NCBI RefSeq assembly: GCF_039852015.1
Contig: NZ_CP156626.1
Location: forward strand, 1,024,249-1,088,248
Length of the DNA stretch: 64,000 nucleotides
Reading direction: 5' to 3'
DNA from: Robbsia sp. KACC 23696
Lineage (GTDB): Bacteria; Pseudomonadota; Gammaproteobacteria; Burkholderiales; Burkholderiaceae
Under the pieces are notes generated by a model, which saw only the letters and a program-made list of their open reading frames with translations, did no database searches and was not told the DNA's origin. Shown here piece by piece: positions 50,742 through 63,892 of this stretch (position 1 is the first letter of the stretch; the number at the start of each line of letters is the position of its first letter). A program made the position numbers and the translations under genes.

Positions 50742-51545
50742 TCAGGCCTGACGCTGCACGCCTTCCGCCGTCCGTTCGGCACCGTCGGTCGCTTCGTCGT
50801 CATTGCCGGCGCATTGCGTCGTCGACCCGCAGCGGCTCAGCAATTGTTCCAGGTGCTTGTCCGGAATGCCGGCTGCGCGCAGCGCCAACACTGTTTTCTC
50901 GACATATTCCCGCGTCGTGCCATAAGTGCCGCGCGCTTCGCGCAGCACGTGGCGCAGCACCGCATCGGGCAGCGTGCCGGCATAGGCGGGGGAGTCACGT
51001 TTGATGACGAAGCTGAGCGCCCGGATGCGCCGGCCGTCGATCAACCGGCACGGCAACCATGCGGGGCGATAGGCGCCTAGGGACATTTCGCGTTGCCACA
51101 GCGTGGTCAGATGCGCGGCGCTGTCGTCGTAGGGGAGGCGGAATGCCATGCCGGGACAGGAACCGCCACGGTCGATCGCGAGCACGAGGCCTGGTTGCTC
51201 GACGGTGCCGCGGTTGCGCCGCGACCACATGAACAGGCCGCGGTGATAGCCGTGGACCTGTGCCCGCACCGTCTCGATCACCGGCAGGCCGGGATTCCAG
51301 ATCAGGGAGCCATAGCCGAAGATCCAGATGTCGTCGGGCGCCGGATGCGTGGCGAAGGCCTGCGCGCGCGAGGCGTCCAGTTCCGCGTCCGAGAGATAGA
51401 CGACGGCGCCGTTCGGCGGGGGGTAGATGCCGGCCAGGCCCTCGCCGCCCGCGCCACTGTCGAGCGCCTTGCGTGCCGCGGCGTCGGTAGGAAGGCCGGT
51501 GCGATCGGCGCCGCCGATGATCGCTTCAGGCGACGGCTTCTTCAT
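50742..51545 (-). CDS. chaC: ChaC-like gamma-glutamylcyclotransferase
   Basis: …[14 protein letters not shown]… GGCT-fold signature. Start ambiguous (51545/51560/51569) and overlaps the ybeY 3' end. Confidence 0.65.
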   Translation of the reverse strand: MKKPSPEAIIGGADRTGLPTDAAARKALDSGAGGEGLAGIYPPPNGAVVYLSDAELDASRAQAFATHPAPDDIWIFGYGSLIWNPGLPVIETVRAQVHGYHRGLFMWSRRNRGTVEQPGLVLAIDRGGSCPGMAFRLPYDDSAAHLTTLWQREMSLGAYRPAWLPCRLIDGRRIRALSFVIKRDSPAYAGTLPDAVLRHVLREARGTYGTTREYVEKTVLALRAAGIPDKHLEQLLSRCGSTTQCAGNDDEATDGAERTAEGVQRQA

Positions 51546-52059
51546 CGGCGTCCTTTCCATCGTCGGCATAAGGGTCGGGGAAACCTAGGCTTTCGAGCAG
51601 TTCGGTTTCGATGCCCTCCATCTCCTCGGCCTCGGCCTCGTCTTCGTGGTCATAGCCTTGCGCATGCAGGACACCATGGATGATCAGGTGCGCATAGTGC
51701 GCCAGCAGCGGCTTGCCTTGCTGCTGCGCTTCGCTTTCGACCACCGGGCAGCACAATACGATGTCGCCGGTCACCGGGTCGTCTTCCGACTCGGCATACG
51801 CGAAGGTCAGCACATTGGTCGCATAGTCCTTGCCGCGATAGCTGCGGTTCAGCGTCTTGCCTTCGTCCGCATCGACGAAGCGCAGCGTCAACATCGCATC
51901 GGCGAAAAGCGCGGTTTCGACCCAGCGCTTTACGGTCGCCTTGCTCAGCAGCTTGCGATGCGCGGCAAAAGCCGGCGCGGCAAACTGCACTTCCAGTGTC
52001 AGCGCTGGGGGCACCTTGTCGATATCGGCTGCGCCCGGGGGGGCGTCTTCGAGGGTCAT
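51526..52059 (-). CDS. ybeY: rRNA maturation endoribonuclease YbeY
   Basis: H-x-x-x-H-x-x-G-x-x-H zinc motif ([15 protein letters not shown]). Confidence 0.85.
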   Translation of the reverse strand: MTLEDAPPGAADIDKVPPALTLEVQFAAPAFAAHRKLLSKATVKRWVETALFADAMLTLRFVDADEGKTLNRSYRGKDYATNVLTFAYAESEDDPVTGDIVLCCPVVESEAQQQGKPLLAHYAHLIIHGVLHAQGYDHEDEAEAEEMEGIETELLESLGFPDPYADDGKDADEEAVA

Positions 52060-52113
52060 ATCGGTATCGGGGTCGTCGTTTTCGTCAAGCGCGTCGCGTT
52101 GCGGCGCACACCA

Positions 52114-53526
52114 TCAATGCGGCGACGGCACGTCGCTGCGTACGACGGGCGTCGTTGGTGCGGGGTCGCCGGCATCCGACGAACGGTCCGCGTGTTGCGC
52201 ACTTCGATCCGGGCGCGCACCGCGCGATCCGGACTCGTGGTGGCCGCCGCGTCGTGAGGTGCCACGTCCGTCCGGGTGATCGCGCTCTTCCTGCTTGGCA
52301 TGCGCCTCGTAGGCATCGACGATCCGTCCCACCAGCGGATGGCGTACGACATCGACGCTGGTGAAACGCGTCATCGCAATCCCGCGTACGTTGCCCAGCA
52401 CTTCCTGCGCGTCCAGCAGGCCGCTGCGATGGCCGCGCGGCAGATCGACCTGTGTCGTATCGCCGGTCACCACGGCCTTCGAGCCGAAACCGATCCGCGT
52501 CAGGAACATCTTCATCTGCTCCGGCGTCGTGTTCTGCGCCTCGTCGAGAATAATGAAGGCGTGATTCAACGTCCGCCCGCGCATGTAAGCAAGCGGCGCG
52601 ATCTCGATCATCTGCTTCTCGAACATCTTGGCGGTGCGATCGAAGCCGAGCAAATCGTACAGCGCGTCGTACAACGGCCGCAGATAGGGGTCCACTTTCT
52701 GCGTCAGATCGCCCGGCAGGAACCCCAGCCGTTCGCCGGCTTCGACTGCCGGCCGCGTCAGCACGATTCGTTTGATTTGATCGCGTTCGAGCGCGTCCAC
52801 CGCACAGGCCACGGCGAGATAGGTCTTGCCGGTGCCCGCCGGACCGATGCCGAACGTGATGTCGTGCGACAGGATCGCTTTCAGATAGGCATGTTGCGTC
52901 GGGGTGCGACCGCGCAGATCGGATTTGCGCGTGTGCAGCACGATCGCATCCGGCCCGAGGTGCGTCGGCAACGCGTGCGGGTCGGCGTCCGCCGCGACCG
53001 GGGCAATCTGATCGCGCGCGGTCAACTCGACGGTGGGCGGCAGTTCCGGTCCGGTCGGATAGCGCGTCTGTCCGGTGCGTGCCGCGCCGCGGCCGGCCAC
53101 CGACGTCCGGCTTTTTGCCGCGGTCTTGTTTTCTGCCTTGGCCGCTCCGCTTGCCTGTCCCGATCGGGACGTCCTGCCGGCGGGCAAGGTGGTCACCATC
53201 CCGGTGTGGCGCGCTTCGACCAATCCCAACTGCACGTCTTCCAGCGATAACGGCACGCGTGCGCGGTTATAGAAGTTTTCCAGCGCCGCGACGGCCGTCT
53301 TGGCATTCCTGCCTCGCACGGCAATCCGGTGGCCACGCCGTGCCAGCGTGACATCCAGGGCCTGCTCGATCTGACGCAGGTTCTCATCCAGCGGTCCGCA
53401 CAGGTTCGCGAGACGCTGATTATCGTCGCGCGGGGCGGTGAATTCTTCTTGGGCGATTTTCAACGCGAGACAGCCATCCTTTCCACATAAAGAGATCGCG
53501 GGCCGACGTCGGTCCCGCGATTGCAT
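52114..53526 (-). CDS. ybeZ: PhoH-like ATPase YbeZ (with low-complexity insertion and tail)
   Basis: Walker [12 protein letters not shown], Walker B …FIILDEAQN…. The N-terminus, rather than KH-like, carries …[14 protein letters not shown]…. Confidence 0.8.
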   Translation of the reverse strand: MQSRDRRRPAISLCGKDGCLALKIAQEEFTAPRDDNQRLANLCGPLDENLRQIEQALDVTLARRGHRIAVRGRNAKTAVAALENFYNRARVPLSLEDVQLGLVEARHTGMVTTLPAGRTSRSGQASGAAKAENKTAAKSRTSVAGRGAARTGQTRYPTGPELPPTVELTARDQIAPVAADADPHALPTHLGPDAIVLHTRKSDLRGRTPTQHAYLKAILSHDITFGIGPAGTGKTYLAVACAVDALERDQIKRIVLTRPAVEAGERLGFLPGDLTQKVDPYLRPLYDALYDLLGFDRTAKMFEKQMIEIAPLAYMRGRTLNHAFIILDEAQNTTPEQMKMFLTRIGFGSKAVVTGDTTQVDLPRGHRSGLLDAQEVLGNVRGIAMTRFTSVDVVRHPLVGRIVDAYEAHAKQEERDHPDGRGTSRRGGHHESGSRGARPDRSAQHADRSSDAGDPAPTTPVVRSDVPSPH

Positions 53527-53598
53527 TATTACACCGCGCCGGCTTGTCTGCCCGGTTTTGGGACCGCCCTGCCGGCTGCGCGGTCTTGAAAAAAAGGA

Positions 53599-55068
53599 TC
53601 AGGCCAAAGGCGGCGTCTCGTCCGCGGTGATGATCTGGCCCCGCAGCGAGTGCGGGAAGGCCTGATCGATATACACGTCGATCATTTGCCCGGTCAGGCG
53701 CGCATGGGAGGCGAGCGGGGCCGGGAAATTCACGACGCGGTTGTTCTCGGTGCGACCATGCAGTTCATTCGGATCCTTGCGCGACGGACCCTCCACCAGA
53801 ATCCGCTGCACGCTGCCGAGCATGCTGTCGCTGATGCGTCGAACATTGGCTTCGATCGTCGCCTGCAGGTGCATCAGGCGCTTCAGCTTCACCTCATGCG
53901 GCGTATCGTCGTGCAGATTCGCCGCCGGCGTGCCGGGGCGGGGGCTATAGATGAAGGAGAAGCTGGTGTCATAGCCGATATGCTCGACCAGGGCCATCAT
54001 CTTGTCGAAGTCGTCGTCGGTCTCGCCGGGGAAGCCGACGATAAAATCCGTGGACACCGACAGGTTCGGGCGAATCGCCCGCAGCTTGCAGATGACCGAT
54101 TTGTATTCGAGCACCGAATAGCCGCGCTTCATCGCCATCAATACGCGGTCGGAGCCGTGCTGAACCGGCAGATGCAGGTGATCGACCAGTTTCGGCACCT
54201 TTGCGTAGGTGTCGATCAGGCGCTGCGTGAATTCCTTCGGATGCGACGTCGTGTAACGGATGCGTTCGATGCCGGGAATATCCGCGACCAATTCGATCAA
54301 GCCGGCGAAGTCGATCTTTTCCGCGTCCGCGTCATGGGCCAGATCCTTGGACAGCGGCGCCAGATAGGCGTTGACGTTTTGCCCCAGCAACGTCACTTCG
54401 CGTACGCCCTGTTCCGCCAGCTCGGCGATTTCGGTCAGCACGTCGTCGAGCGGGCGCGATACTTCCTCGCCGCGCGTGTAGGGCACCACGCAGTAACTGC
54501 AGTACTTGCTGCAGCCTTCCATGATCGAGACGAAGGCACTCGGCCCTTCGACACGCGCCGGCGGCAAGTGATCGAATTTTTCGATTTCCGGAAAGGAGAT
54601 GTCCACCTGCGAGCGCCCGGTGTCCCGACGCGCGTCGATCATCTTCGGCAGCCGATGCAGCGTTTGCGGTCCGAATACCACGTCGACATAAGGGGCGCGG
54701 GCGACGATCGCCGCGCCTTCCTGGCTCGCCACGCAGCCGCCGACGCCGATGATCAGGTTCGGATTCTTTTCCTTCAGCATCTTCACCCGGCCGAGTTCCG
54801 AAAACACCTTCTCCTGCGCTTTCTCGCGCACGGAGCAGGTGTTGAACAGGATGACGTCGGCGTCTTCGGGCGTCTGGGTTTGCACCAGACCTTGGGCAGC
54901 GCCCAGCACGTCGGCCATTTTGTCCGAGTCGTACTCGTTCATCTGGCAACCGTAGGTCTTGATGAAGATCTTCTTCTGGTGCGGGACCGCGGCGGCGACG
55001 GTGTCGTCGGCCAGGTGCGCCAAGGAAGCCGGGCTGGCATCCTGCAGGGTGTGGTTTTGCGTTGTCAT
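53599..55068 (-). CDS. miaB: tRNA-2-methylthio-N6-dimethylallyladenosine synthase
   Basis: ATG at 55068 ([10 protein letters not shown]…). UPF0004 Cys triad (…[10 protein letters not shown]…), radical-SAM CxxxCxxC (CSKYCSYC), TRAM domain. Confidence 0.9.
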   Translation of the reverse strand: MTTQNHTLQDASPASLAHLADDTVAAAVPHQKKIFIKTYGCQMNEYDSDKMADVLGAAQGLVQTQTPEDADVILFNTCSVREKAQEKVFSELGRVKMLKEKNPNLIIGVGGCVASQEGAAIVARAPYVDVVFGPQTLHRLPKMIDARRDTGRSQVDISFPEIEKFDHLPPARVEGPSAFVSIMEGCSKYCSYCVVPYTRGEEVSRPLDDVLTEIAELAEQGVREVTLLGQNVNAYLAPLSKDLAHDADAEKIDFAGLIELVADIPGIERIRYTTSHPKEFTQRLIDTYAKVPKLVDHLHLPVQHGSDRVLMAMKRGYSVLEYKSVICKLRAIRPNLSVSTDFIVGFPGETDDDFDKMMALVEHIGYDTSFSFIYSPRPGTPAANLHDDTPHEVKLKRLMHLQATIEANVRRISDSMLGSVQRILVEGPSRKDPNELHGRTENNRVVNFPAPLASHARLTGQMIDVYIDQAFPHSLRGQIITADETPPLA

Positions 55069-55779
55069 CGTGGGGGCGCCGATCGCAGTGGTTGACCTGG
55101 GGGCGTGTAAAAGTAGGGGTGAAACGTACTGTGCTGCTTCCATTTTCGGTAGCGGGCGCGCGGATCCGATCGCGGACGCGGTCTCTGGCAGCACGGCGAG
55201 GAAATCAAACGGGAGATTATAACGCCATGCGCCCGGCAGATCGACCGGGACGCCCCTCCCGCCGTGCGGCAGCAACACGTGGGGTAGGATGGGTGGGCAT
55301 ACCTTATGCTTTTCGCGTCGCCATTAGATGCCGCGGTCCTTCAGTTCGATGAAACGTCGCCGATGGGGAAATAGCCGTACGCGAAGCACGGCGATGCCCG
55401 CGTCGATGCGATGCCATAAAATAATGTAAAACGCGGCAATAGCGCGTGAAATTTTTACCAGTCCGTCGAATATGACTGAATGCTTTCAAATGCTTACGGT
55501 TATTTAACGACGGATACGCGAATTTCGCACCGGATTAGGAACCGTTGATCTCCCAAAGGTCATAGGGTGTAACGCGCGTTCGTCCAAATTTCTTTATGAT
55601 GGCGAAGATGGATCTGAAGGCAGACAGATGAAAGTTCCGTAATCGTCGCGCGCGACGCGGCGGCGTCGCAAGGCACCGGTTCCTGGCCGCACCGGACGAC
55701 GCGTGGAGCACGTCAGTCGGACCGACAGCGTCTCAAGATCATCCTGATAAACCATTCACGCGCTCGCCATGCGGGTGGA

Positions 55780-56649
55780 TTGAGAAAAGACATGCAAGAC
55801 ATGGCTCTCGGAGGCAGCAAAGTGCAAACCGGACATGTTCCACCGCTACCGTGGCGACTCGAGGATATCGACTTTGCGTCGATCCAACCCGAGGTGGTCG
55901 CCCGTAACGAGGACCTCGTCGCGCTGTTGTGCGCGTCATCGTTCATCGAAAGCGGCTCTGATCTCTACAGCCGAAACCTAGTCGAATATTTCGCCGGCGA
56001 TCGCGAGGTGGAGGATTGGCTCAACACGAGCTGGGAAGCGGAGGAGCTTCAGCACGGCCGTGCATTGAAGGCGTATATCGCTTACGTCTGGCCCGATTTC
56101 GATTGGGATGCGTCGTTCGCGCGCTTCTTCGACGAGTATTCGAAGACCTGCTCGATCGAAGAGTTCGAGAAGACGAAAGCGCTGGAAATGGCGGCACGCT
56201 GCGTGGTCGAGACAGGCACGGCCACGCTGTATCGCGCGATCAACGAATGTACCGACGAGCCGATCCTGAAGCAGTTGACGTCGAACATTCGCGCCGACGA
56301 AGTGCGGCACTACAAGCATTTTCTGCAGTATTTCAAGCGCTATAACGCGGCCGAGAAAAACGGGCGCTGGAAGGTGCTCGGTGCGCTGGTGCGCCGTGTC
56401 ATCGAGATCAAGAGCGAAGATTCCGACATCGCGTTGCGCCATGTCTTTGCCGAGCGTCACCACACCGAAGCGGTCGATACGCCGCAGTATCGTGCGATGA
56501 GTGGCCGCGTGAATCGTCTGGTGCGGCGCAATCTGTCGGCCGATATGTGCTTGAAGATGCTGATGAAACCGCTCGATCTGCCGCGTAAATTGCAGTCGAC
56601 GATTCAGCCGCCCCTCGCGGGGGTGCTCCAACATGTTTTCTTCCGCTAA
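55780..56649 (+). CDS. Ferritin-like diiron-carboxylate protein (two E…ExxH half-sites); possible MiaE-like hydroxylase
   Basis: Four-helix ligand pattern: …ARNEDL…, …EAEELQH…, …EMAARCVVE…, …ADEVRH…. Divergent from miaB. Confidence 0.55.
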   Translation: MRKDMQDMALGGSKVQTGHVPPLPWRLEDIDFASIQPEVVARNEDLVALLCASSFIESGSDLYSRNLVEYFAGDREVEDWLNTSWEAEELQHGRALKAYIAYVWPDFDWDASFARFFDEYSKTCSIEEFEKTKALEMAARCVVETGTATLYRAINECTDEPILKQLTSNIRADEVRHYKHFLQYFKRYNAAEKNGRWKVLGALVRRVIEIKSEDSDIALRHVFAERHHTEAVDTPQYRAMSGRVNRLVRRNLSADMCLKMLMKPLDLPRKLQSTIQPPLAGVLQHVFFR

Positions 56650-57259
56650 GCCGGGCAGCAGCCGGCACGCGGTTAGCGACTTGGACGGTTTGGCCTCTGC
56701 CTTACGCTTCGCGATGGCCGACGGCGATCCGGCGGACCGCTTGCTTACTGCGGCGCCGCGCGCCCCGATGGACGCCGTGGCGGCCGATGGCGGCGATGGA
56801 GTCGAGCCCGACGGCCCCCAGTTCACCTTGTCTTTGTTGACGACCGGCACCGATGGTTGGCCGGTGACGTCGTTGCTGGGGCCCGGCGAAGTGGTCGTGA
56901 TCGACGCGGTGCGCGTGCGCATCGCGCTATGGTCGTCGGCGCGCGCCAACGGCAATCTCGCCCGCGAGGAGCGTGCCACGCTCGACTTTATTTTCGAGGG
57001 CTGCTTTTTTCAGCTAAGACTGCGCTCCATGGGCCATGCGCCGCTGGTGCTAAGCAAACGCGCGCGAGCGGATGCCACGACGTCGACCTTGGTTTGCCAT
57101 GAGCTGCTTCTGGTGGAGGGGGAAGCCCAACGCGTGCCCTATGCCGAGCTGACCTCGGGTATTCGGTATCGCTTGACCGGCGATGCCACGGCGCGCGCCG
57201 ATACGGCCGAGCGGTGGCGTGCGCAGCAGGCGGCACTGGCGGCGTTTTCCTGGAGCTGA
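56633..57259 (+). CDS. Hypothetical protein, translationally coupled (17-nt overlap) to ferritin-like gene
   Basis: 208-aa ORF with GC3-biased codons. No recognisable motif. Confidence 0.4.
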   Translation: MFSSAKPGSSRHAVSDLDGLASALRFAMADGDPADRLLTAAPRAPMDAVAADGGDGVEPDGPQFTLSLLTTGTDGWPVTSLLGPGEVVVIDAVRVRIALWSSARANGNLAREERATLDFIFEGCFFQLRLRSMGHAPLVLSKRARADATTSTLVCHELLLVEGEAQRVPYAELTSGIRYRLTGDATARADTAERWRAQQAALAAFSWS

Positions 57260-57417
57260 GTGGGAGCAGGGTGCGGCACACGTTTGACGTATCGCCAAAG
57301 CAAAAGCCGACGAATGAATCATTCGTTGGCTTTTTTGTTTATGCGCGTCCCGCATGCGTTGACATTGCAGGGAGACATGCCGGCCCTCTATCGAGAGGGC
57401 CGTGACCGGTTCACCGC

Positions 57418-59040
<1,623 letters not shown>

Positions 59041-59708
59041 GAATTTTCGTGTTTCGCCGGTTCGTCGCAACAGGTGCGCCAATCTGGAACCGGTCGAATG
59101 ATGGGTCGCGCCATCCGCGTTGACTGGAACCCGCGGATGGCGAAAAAAGGGGCGTCGCAATCGTATGGCGACAAATACGTCGAAATACGATGTCACACGG
59201 CGCATGTCCGGCTGGGGTGCATTGCAGCGATGCACGCCGGCATGGACGATCAATCTCACTGTATGACGCAGTGGTACTCCTTGGGCGCAACGCAAGGCGC
59301 TATCGGGAGCGGGACACGACGGAAGTCGGGTGACAGCGCGCGTCTTACGCACACTGCTTGGAACCCGTGCGCGTCTCAGGCGCACCGCTGATTTCACGAC
59401 GGCGCGCTATCGCATGGAAGGCGCGCGACGACGAAGACGACGAACAACGTGCTTTCCGCAGCGAACAGCCGATAACCGTCCGCTTCACCGCGCGTCGTTA
59501 CCGATCCTCACGTCGAGCACATGGCCGTCCTGCAAGACATCGGTAATCTGTGTCGACACGCAGCGGAACACTGCTTGTCACGGCCATTAGAGTAGCAGTC
59601 AGACCCTATAAAGCGCAACCGATAAGCTCGACCATCGCGCGATCCAAGAGGCTTTCGCGGGCCTGTCGACAGCGATATGCAGGCGGGCCTCGGCTTTGAT
59701 ACGACCGT

Positions 59709-59763
59709 TTAATTGGCAACGATTCATTGGCAACGATCGACCCAGTTTATTTGTATTGGCAAC
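59709..59763 (+). promoter_or_regulatory. Three direct repeats ATTGGCAAC(GAT) at 59711, 59725, 59754 upstream of LuxR-type regulator gene
   Basis: Seen directly: ATTGGCAACGATTCATTGGCAACGAT…TATTGGCAACT. Probable regulator-binding array. Confidence 0.4.
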
Positions 59764-59925
59764 TGAAGCAGGGCGACGCGGCGCGCCACCACGGGGATTG
59801 CGACGAAGGATCAGACTTTTCTGGTTTCTCTGTCGATCGCTTGGATCACCGACAGGCGCTCGCGATAATGCAGCGGGCAACGACGATCCGTCGTATTGCA
59901 TTAGATGTGATAACACAGCGACGAG

Positions 59926-60612
59926 GTGACGATGAACGGGGACCCGGGAAATGCGAAGGCGAGGGCATGGCGCGTGGTGCTGGTGGACGACCATCCGCTG
60001 GTCCGGGAAGCGTACGGCGCGATCATCGATGCACATCCCGATCTGACGGTGCTCGCGAGCCTGGCCGACAGTGCATCGCTGACGCCGGTATTGCGGCGTG
60101 GCGGCGTCGATATCGTGCTGCTCGATCTGCAATTGTCCGATGACGACGTTGATGGCATCGCATTGATCCAGCGCCTGCGCGTGCGCTTCCAGAGCATACG
60201 GATCCTGGTCTGTTCGGCGCTCGACGACATCGTGACGACACGCGCCGTATTCAGCGCCGGCGCGCACGGCTTCCTGTCGAAGCGCCAAGCGGTCCGGGAT
60301 ACGATCGATGCCCTGTATGCGGTGGCGGCCGGCAAGCGCTACGTTACCGGGGCGACCTATGACGGCAGAGAGTGCGCCGCGTGGCAGGCGCCCTCCGACG
60401 TGGCTGCGCCGTCGCCGCGTGCCGCATTGACGGCGAAGGAATGCGATGTCCTGCGATGTTGTCGTCAAGGTTTGTCGCCGACCAAGGCGGCCGCGAAATT
60501 GAAACGCAGTGTCAAGACCGTCAGCGGACACAAGATGACTGCCTTCCGAAAGCTGGGATACGAGACGGAAGTGGCGATGCATTACGCCTGGCCGCGCGCA
60601 AAGGATCGCTGA
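59926..60612 (+). CDS. NarL/FixJ (LuxR-HTH) family response regulator, orphan (ErdR/ErbR-like)
   Basis: REC domain (…VVLVDDHPLVRE…, …DIVLLDLQLSDDD…) plus a C-terminal LuxR-type HTH. No sensor kinase adjacent. Next to an aldehyde dehydrogenase. Confidence 0.8.
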   Translation: MTMNGDPGNAKARAWRVVLVDDHPLVREAYGAIIDAHPDLTVLASLADSASLTPVLRRGGVDIVLLDLQLSDDDVDGIALIQRLRVRFQSIRILVCSALDDIVTTRAVFSAGAHGFLSKRQAVRDTIDALYAVAAGKRYVTGATYDGRECAAWQAPSDVAAPSPRAALTAKECDVLRCCRQGLSPTKAAAKLKRSVKTVSGHKMTAFRKLGYETEVAMHYAWPRAKDR

Positions 60613-60788
60613 GGAACGACGCGTTTCGCGTGGCGTCCCGCTGTCCCGGTCCGCTGCACGCGGGTCAGGGTTCCCCCGATGCTGAAAACCAGCATTGCCT
60701 AAGCGGTCTGTAACCCTGATAACCAGCATGGATCGCGCCGATCGCGCCATCCACCAGTGCAACGACTTCAACGATAACGGAGACGGCA

Positions 60789-62309
60789 ATGAACCATGCT
60801 GACATGCAATTCCTCGGTGTTCCCTTCCCGTTCAAGCCGCAGTATGAAAATTTCATCGGTGGCGCCTGGGTGCCTCCGGTCGATGGTGTCTATTTCGACA
60901 ATGTTTCGCCGATCACCGGGCAAGTATTTACGTCGGTGCCGCGATCGGGCGCCGCGGATATCGAATTGGCCCTCGATGCCGCGCATCGGGCAAAGGATGC
61001 GTGGGGGCGGCAGTCGGCGGCGGATCGTGCGGCGGTCTTGTTGCGCATTGCCGATCGCATGGCGCTCCATCTGCCGCAACTCGCCTTTGCCGAATCGATC
61101 GACAACGGCAAGCCGATCCGCGAAACGCGGGCCGCGGACATTCCGCTCGCCATCGATCACTTTCGCTATTTCGCCGGCTGTCTGCGCTCGCAGGAGGGCG
61201 CGATCAGTGAGATCGATCGCGACACGATCGCCTATCATTTTCACGAACCTCTCGGCGTTGTCGGGCAGATCATCCCGTGGAATTTTCCGATCCTGATGGC
61301 GGCGTGGAAAGTGGCGCCGGCCTTGGCGGCCGGTAATTGCGTCGTGCTGAAGCCGGCCGAGCAGACGCCGGCGTCGATTCTCGTGCTGGCCGAACTTATC
61401 GCCGATCTGCTGCCGCCCGGCGTATTGAACATCGTCAACGGATTCGGCACGGAGGCAGGGCAACCGTTGGCATCCAGCAAGCGCATTGCAAAGATCGCGT
61501 TCACCGGGGAGACCTCCACCGGACGCCTGATCATGCAATATGCGAGTCAGAATCTGATTCCGGTAACGCTCGAATTGGGTGGCAAGAGCCCGAATATTTT
61601 CTTCGACGATGTGATGGCCCATGACGATGCATTCTTCGACAAGGCGCTGGAAGGCTTTGCGATGTTTGCGCTGAACCAGGGCGAAGTATGTACCTGCCCG
61701 TCGCGCGCTTTAGTTCAAGAAAGCGTCTATGAGCGATTTATTGAACGTGCGGTGGCGCGCGTGGAGAAAATCCGCCAGGGGCATCCGTTGGACGACAAGA
61801 CGATGATCGGCGCGCAAGCATCGCAGGAGCAGCTGGACAAGATCCTGTCCTACATCGAGATCGGTCGAGGGGAAGGTGCGACCTGCCTCACCGGCGGAGT
61901 TCGCGCGCGACTCGACGGAGAACTGGCGAACGGGTATTACATGCAGCCGACGATTTTCCGCGGCGACAACAAGATGCGCATCTTCCAGGAGGAGATCTTC
62001 GGGCCGGTGTTGTCGGTAACGACGTTCAAGGATGAAGATGAAGCGCTGGCGATCGCGAACGACAGTGCCTATGGTCTCGGAGCGGGGCTATGGACACGCG
62101 ATGTCCATCGAGCCTATCGGATGGGGCGCGCCATTCAAGCCGGGCGCGTCTGGACGAACTGCTATCACGCCTATCCCGCGCATGCGGCGTTCGGTGGGTA
62201 CAAGCAATCCGGCATTGGTCGCGAGAACCACAAGATGATGCTGGAACATTATCAACAGACGAAAAATCTGCTGGTCAGTTACGGTACGTCGCCGCTCGGT
62301 TTCTTTTAA
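60789..62309 (+). CDS. NAD+-dependent aldehyde dehydrogenase (acetaldehyde dehydrogenase AldB/ExaC/AcoD-like)
   Basis: 506 aa. Catalytic Cys in …[11 protein letters not shown]…, Glu in …LELGGKSP…, NAD-binding …GFGTEAGQ…. Confidence 0.9.
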   Translation: MNHADMQFLGVPFPFKPQYENFIGGAWVPPVDGVYFDNVSPITGQVFTSVPRSGAADIELALDAAHRAKDAWGRQSAADRAAVLLRIADRMALHLPQLAFAESIDNGKPIRETRAADIPLAIDHFRYFAGCLRSQEGAISEIDRDTIAYHFHEPLGVVGQIIPWNFPILMAAWKVAPALAAGNCVVLKPAEQTPASILVLAELIADLLPPGVLNIVNGFGTEAGQPLASSKRIAKIAFTGETSTGRLIMQYASQNLIPVTLELGGKSPNIFFDDVMAHDDAFFDKALEGFAMFALNQGEVCTCPSRALVQESVYERFIERAVARVEKIRQGHPLDDKTMIGAQASQEQLDKILSYIEIGRGEGATCLTGGVRARLDGELANGYYMQPTIFRGDNKMRIFQEEIFGPVLSVTTFKDEDEALAIANDSAYGLGAGLWTRDVHRAYRMGRAIQAGRVWTNCYHAYPAHAAFGGYKQSGIGRENHKMMLEHYQQTKNLLVSYGTSPLGFF

Positions 62310-62492
62310 AGAACGCCGGTCTCACGAATTACATCGGGGCTAGGGCATCCGAGTATAATGCTTCGTTAAAATCGGTTGCGCGATCTGTCGGTGAGGTGGC
62401 GCAATCGTTTCGCTTCGCGTAGGCCTGACGGCTCCGGCGTGCCACGCCGAACCTGTTCAATAGCAGCGCGAGGGACAGGAGCGTAGGCACGT

Positions 62493-62849
62493 ATGCAAGA
62501 ACAAAAAGATCTACTGGTCGTTGACGACAATATCGATTCGGCTGAAAGCCTCGCGATGTTGCTGGAAATTCACGGCTATACGGCCCGCGTCGTCCACGAT
62601 GGACCGGCGGCGCTCGCGGCGGTGGCCGAACGGTTGCCTGATGCGGTCATCCTGGACATCAGCATGCCGGGCATGGACGGATTCGAGGTCGCGCGGCGAC
62701 TTCGGACCCAATTCAACGCCGATCAGTTGAAACTGATCGGTTTGTCCGGCTATGGCGACGACGGCAGCCGCCGCCAAGCGCACGCTGCGGGCTTCGATCA
62801 ATTGTTGGTCAAGCCGATCGACGTCGAGGGTGTCATCGCCGCGCTTTGA
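62493..62849 (+). CDS. Single-domain (CheY-like) response regulator
   Basis: …LLVVDDNIDSAE…, phospho-acceptor Asp in …VILDISMPGMDG…, …LIGLSGY…K…. Confidence 0.8.
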   Translation: MQEQKDLLVVDDNIDSAESLAMLLEIHGYTARVVHDGPAALAAVAERLPDAVILDISMPGMDGFEVARRLRTQFNADQLKLIGLSGYGDDGSRRQAHAAGFDQLLVKPIDVEGVIAAL

Positions 62850-63892
62850 TCGTCTGGCGTCGGGTTGCGCGGGTCACCCGCGCCGTCACCCACGTAGGCG
62901 CGCGCCTGACCGAGCAGCCATTCCCGGAACATCTGTAGCGGCGGGTTGTGGCGCGCCTCGGTGGGATAAACGAGGTAGTAGGCGGCATCGGCGTCGCGAT
63001 GGCGCGTGCCGTTATCGCCGTCCAACGCCGCGCCGTCTCCCTTATCTCCTGACTTCTTCCTCGCCCCCCGCCGTTGCGCGGCCTGCCTGCTCGGCCAATC
63101 GGCAAAGGGCATCGCCAGGCCAGGATCGCCCCACAGTCCGTCGAGAAAGAAGCGCGGCACTAACGCCACGCCTAGCCCCGCGCGCGCGCCGCTGATCAAC
63201 ATCGTGAACAGTTCGTAGCGCGCGCCGCGCATCGCGCGCGGATCGTCTACGCCGCATTGCAGCAGCCAGTTCTGCCAAGCGTCGGGACGCGTGGTGGAGT
63301 GCAGCAGCGGCAAGTCGAGCAGCGCTGCCGGATGCGTCGGAAGGTCTCCCAGCGTCGCCAATAAGGCCGGCGCGCACACCGGCACCACCTCTTCACCGAA
63401 CAAACGGTCCGCCATCGTGCCGGGCCAATTCGGCGGTCCGTAGTGAATCGCGGCCTCGAAATGCGTCTCGCCAAACGCGAACATCTCCGTCTGCACGCCA
63501 AGATTGACCTGTAGAGAGGGATGTCGGGCGCTTAAATCGTGCATCCGCGGAAGCAACCATTGCGAGGCGAAGGTCGGCAGGACCGCCAGTTCCAATGCAC
63601 CGGCACCGCTGCCGTGGGCAATGATGGCCAGCGTGTCGCGCTCCAGCGCATCGAGCGTGCGCCGCACCTGCGCGCTATACAAGGCCCCCGCGCGCGTCAG
63701 GATCACGCGCTGTTTCGCGCGGACGAACAGACGCACGCCCAGCTGACTTTCCAGGGCACTGACCTGGCGCGACACGGCACTCTCCGTCAGCGACAAGGCG
63801 CGGGCAGCCGCGGTGAAATGTTCGTAGCGGGCAGCGGCATCGAACGCGATCAATGCCCCCATATTCGGTAGTCTGCGGCGGCGCATCGTCAT
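62798..63892 (-). CDS. LysR-family transcriptional regulator (with atypical C-terminal extension)
   Basis: N-terminal HTH …LIAFDAAARYEHFTAAARALSLTESAVSRQVSALE…. 364 aa, so the C-terminal ~60 aa extends beyond the typical LysR length and overlaps the convergent CheY gene. Confidence 0.7.
   Translation of the reverse strand: MTMRRRRLPNMGALIAFDAAARYEHFTAAARALSLTESAVSRQVSALESQLGVRLFVRAKQRVILTRAGALYSAQVRRTLDALERDTLAIIAHGSGAGALELAVLPTFASQWLLPRMHDLSARHPSLQVNLGVQTEMFAFGETHFEAAIHYGPPNWPGTMADRLFGEEVVPVCAPALLATLGDLPTHPAALLDLPLLHSTTRPDAWQNWLLQCGVDDPRAMRGARYELFTMLISGARAGLGVALVPRFFLDGLWGDPGLAMPFADWPSRQAAQRRGARKKSGDKGDGAALDGDNGTRHRDADAAYYLVYPTEARHNPPLQMFREWLLGQARAYVGDGAGDPRNPTPDDQSAAMTPSTSIGLTNN

Noticed and set aside
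59709-59763. Sigma-54 (−24/−12) promoter interpretation of the TTGGCAAC repeats
   Set aside because: The repeats contain TGGCA but spacing to a TTGC(A/T) −12 element does not fit GG-N10-GC. They are more likely a regulator-binding direct-repeat array.
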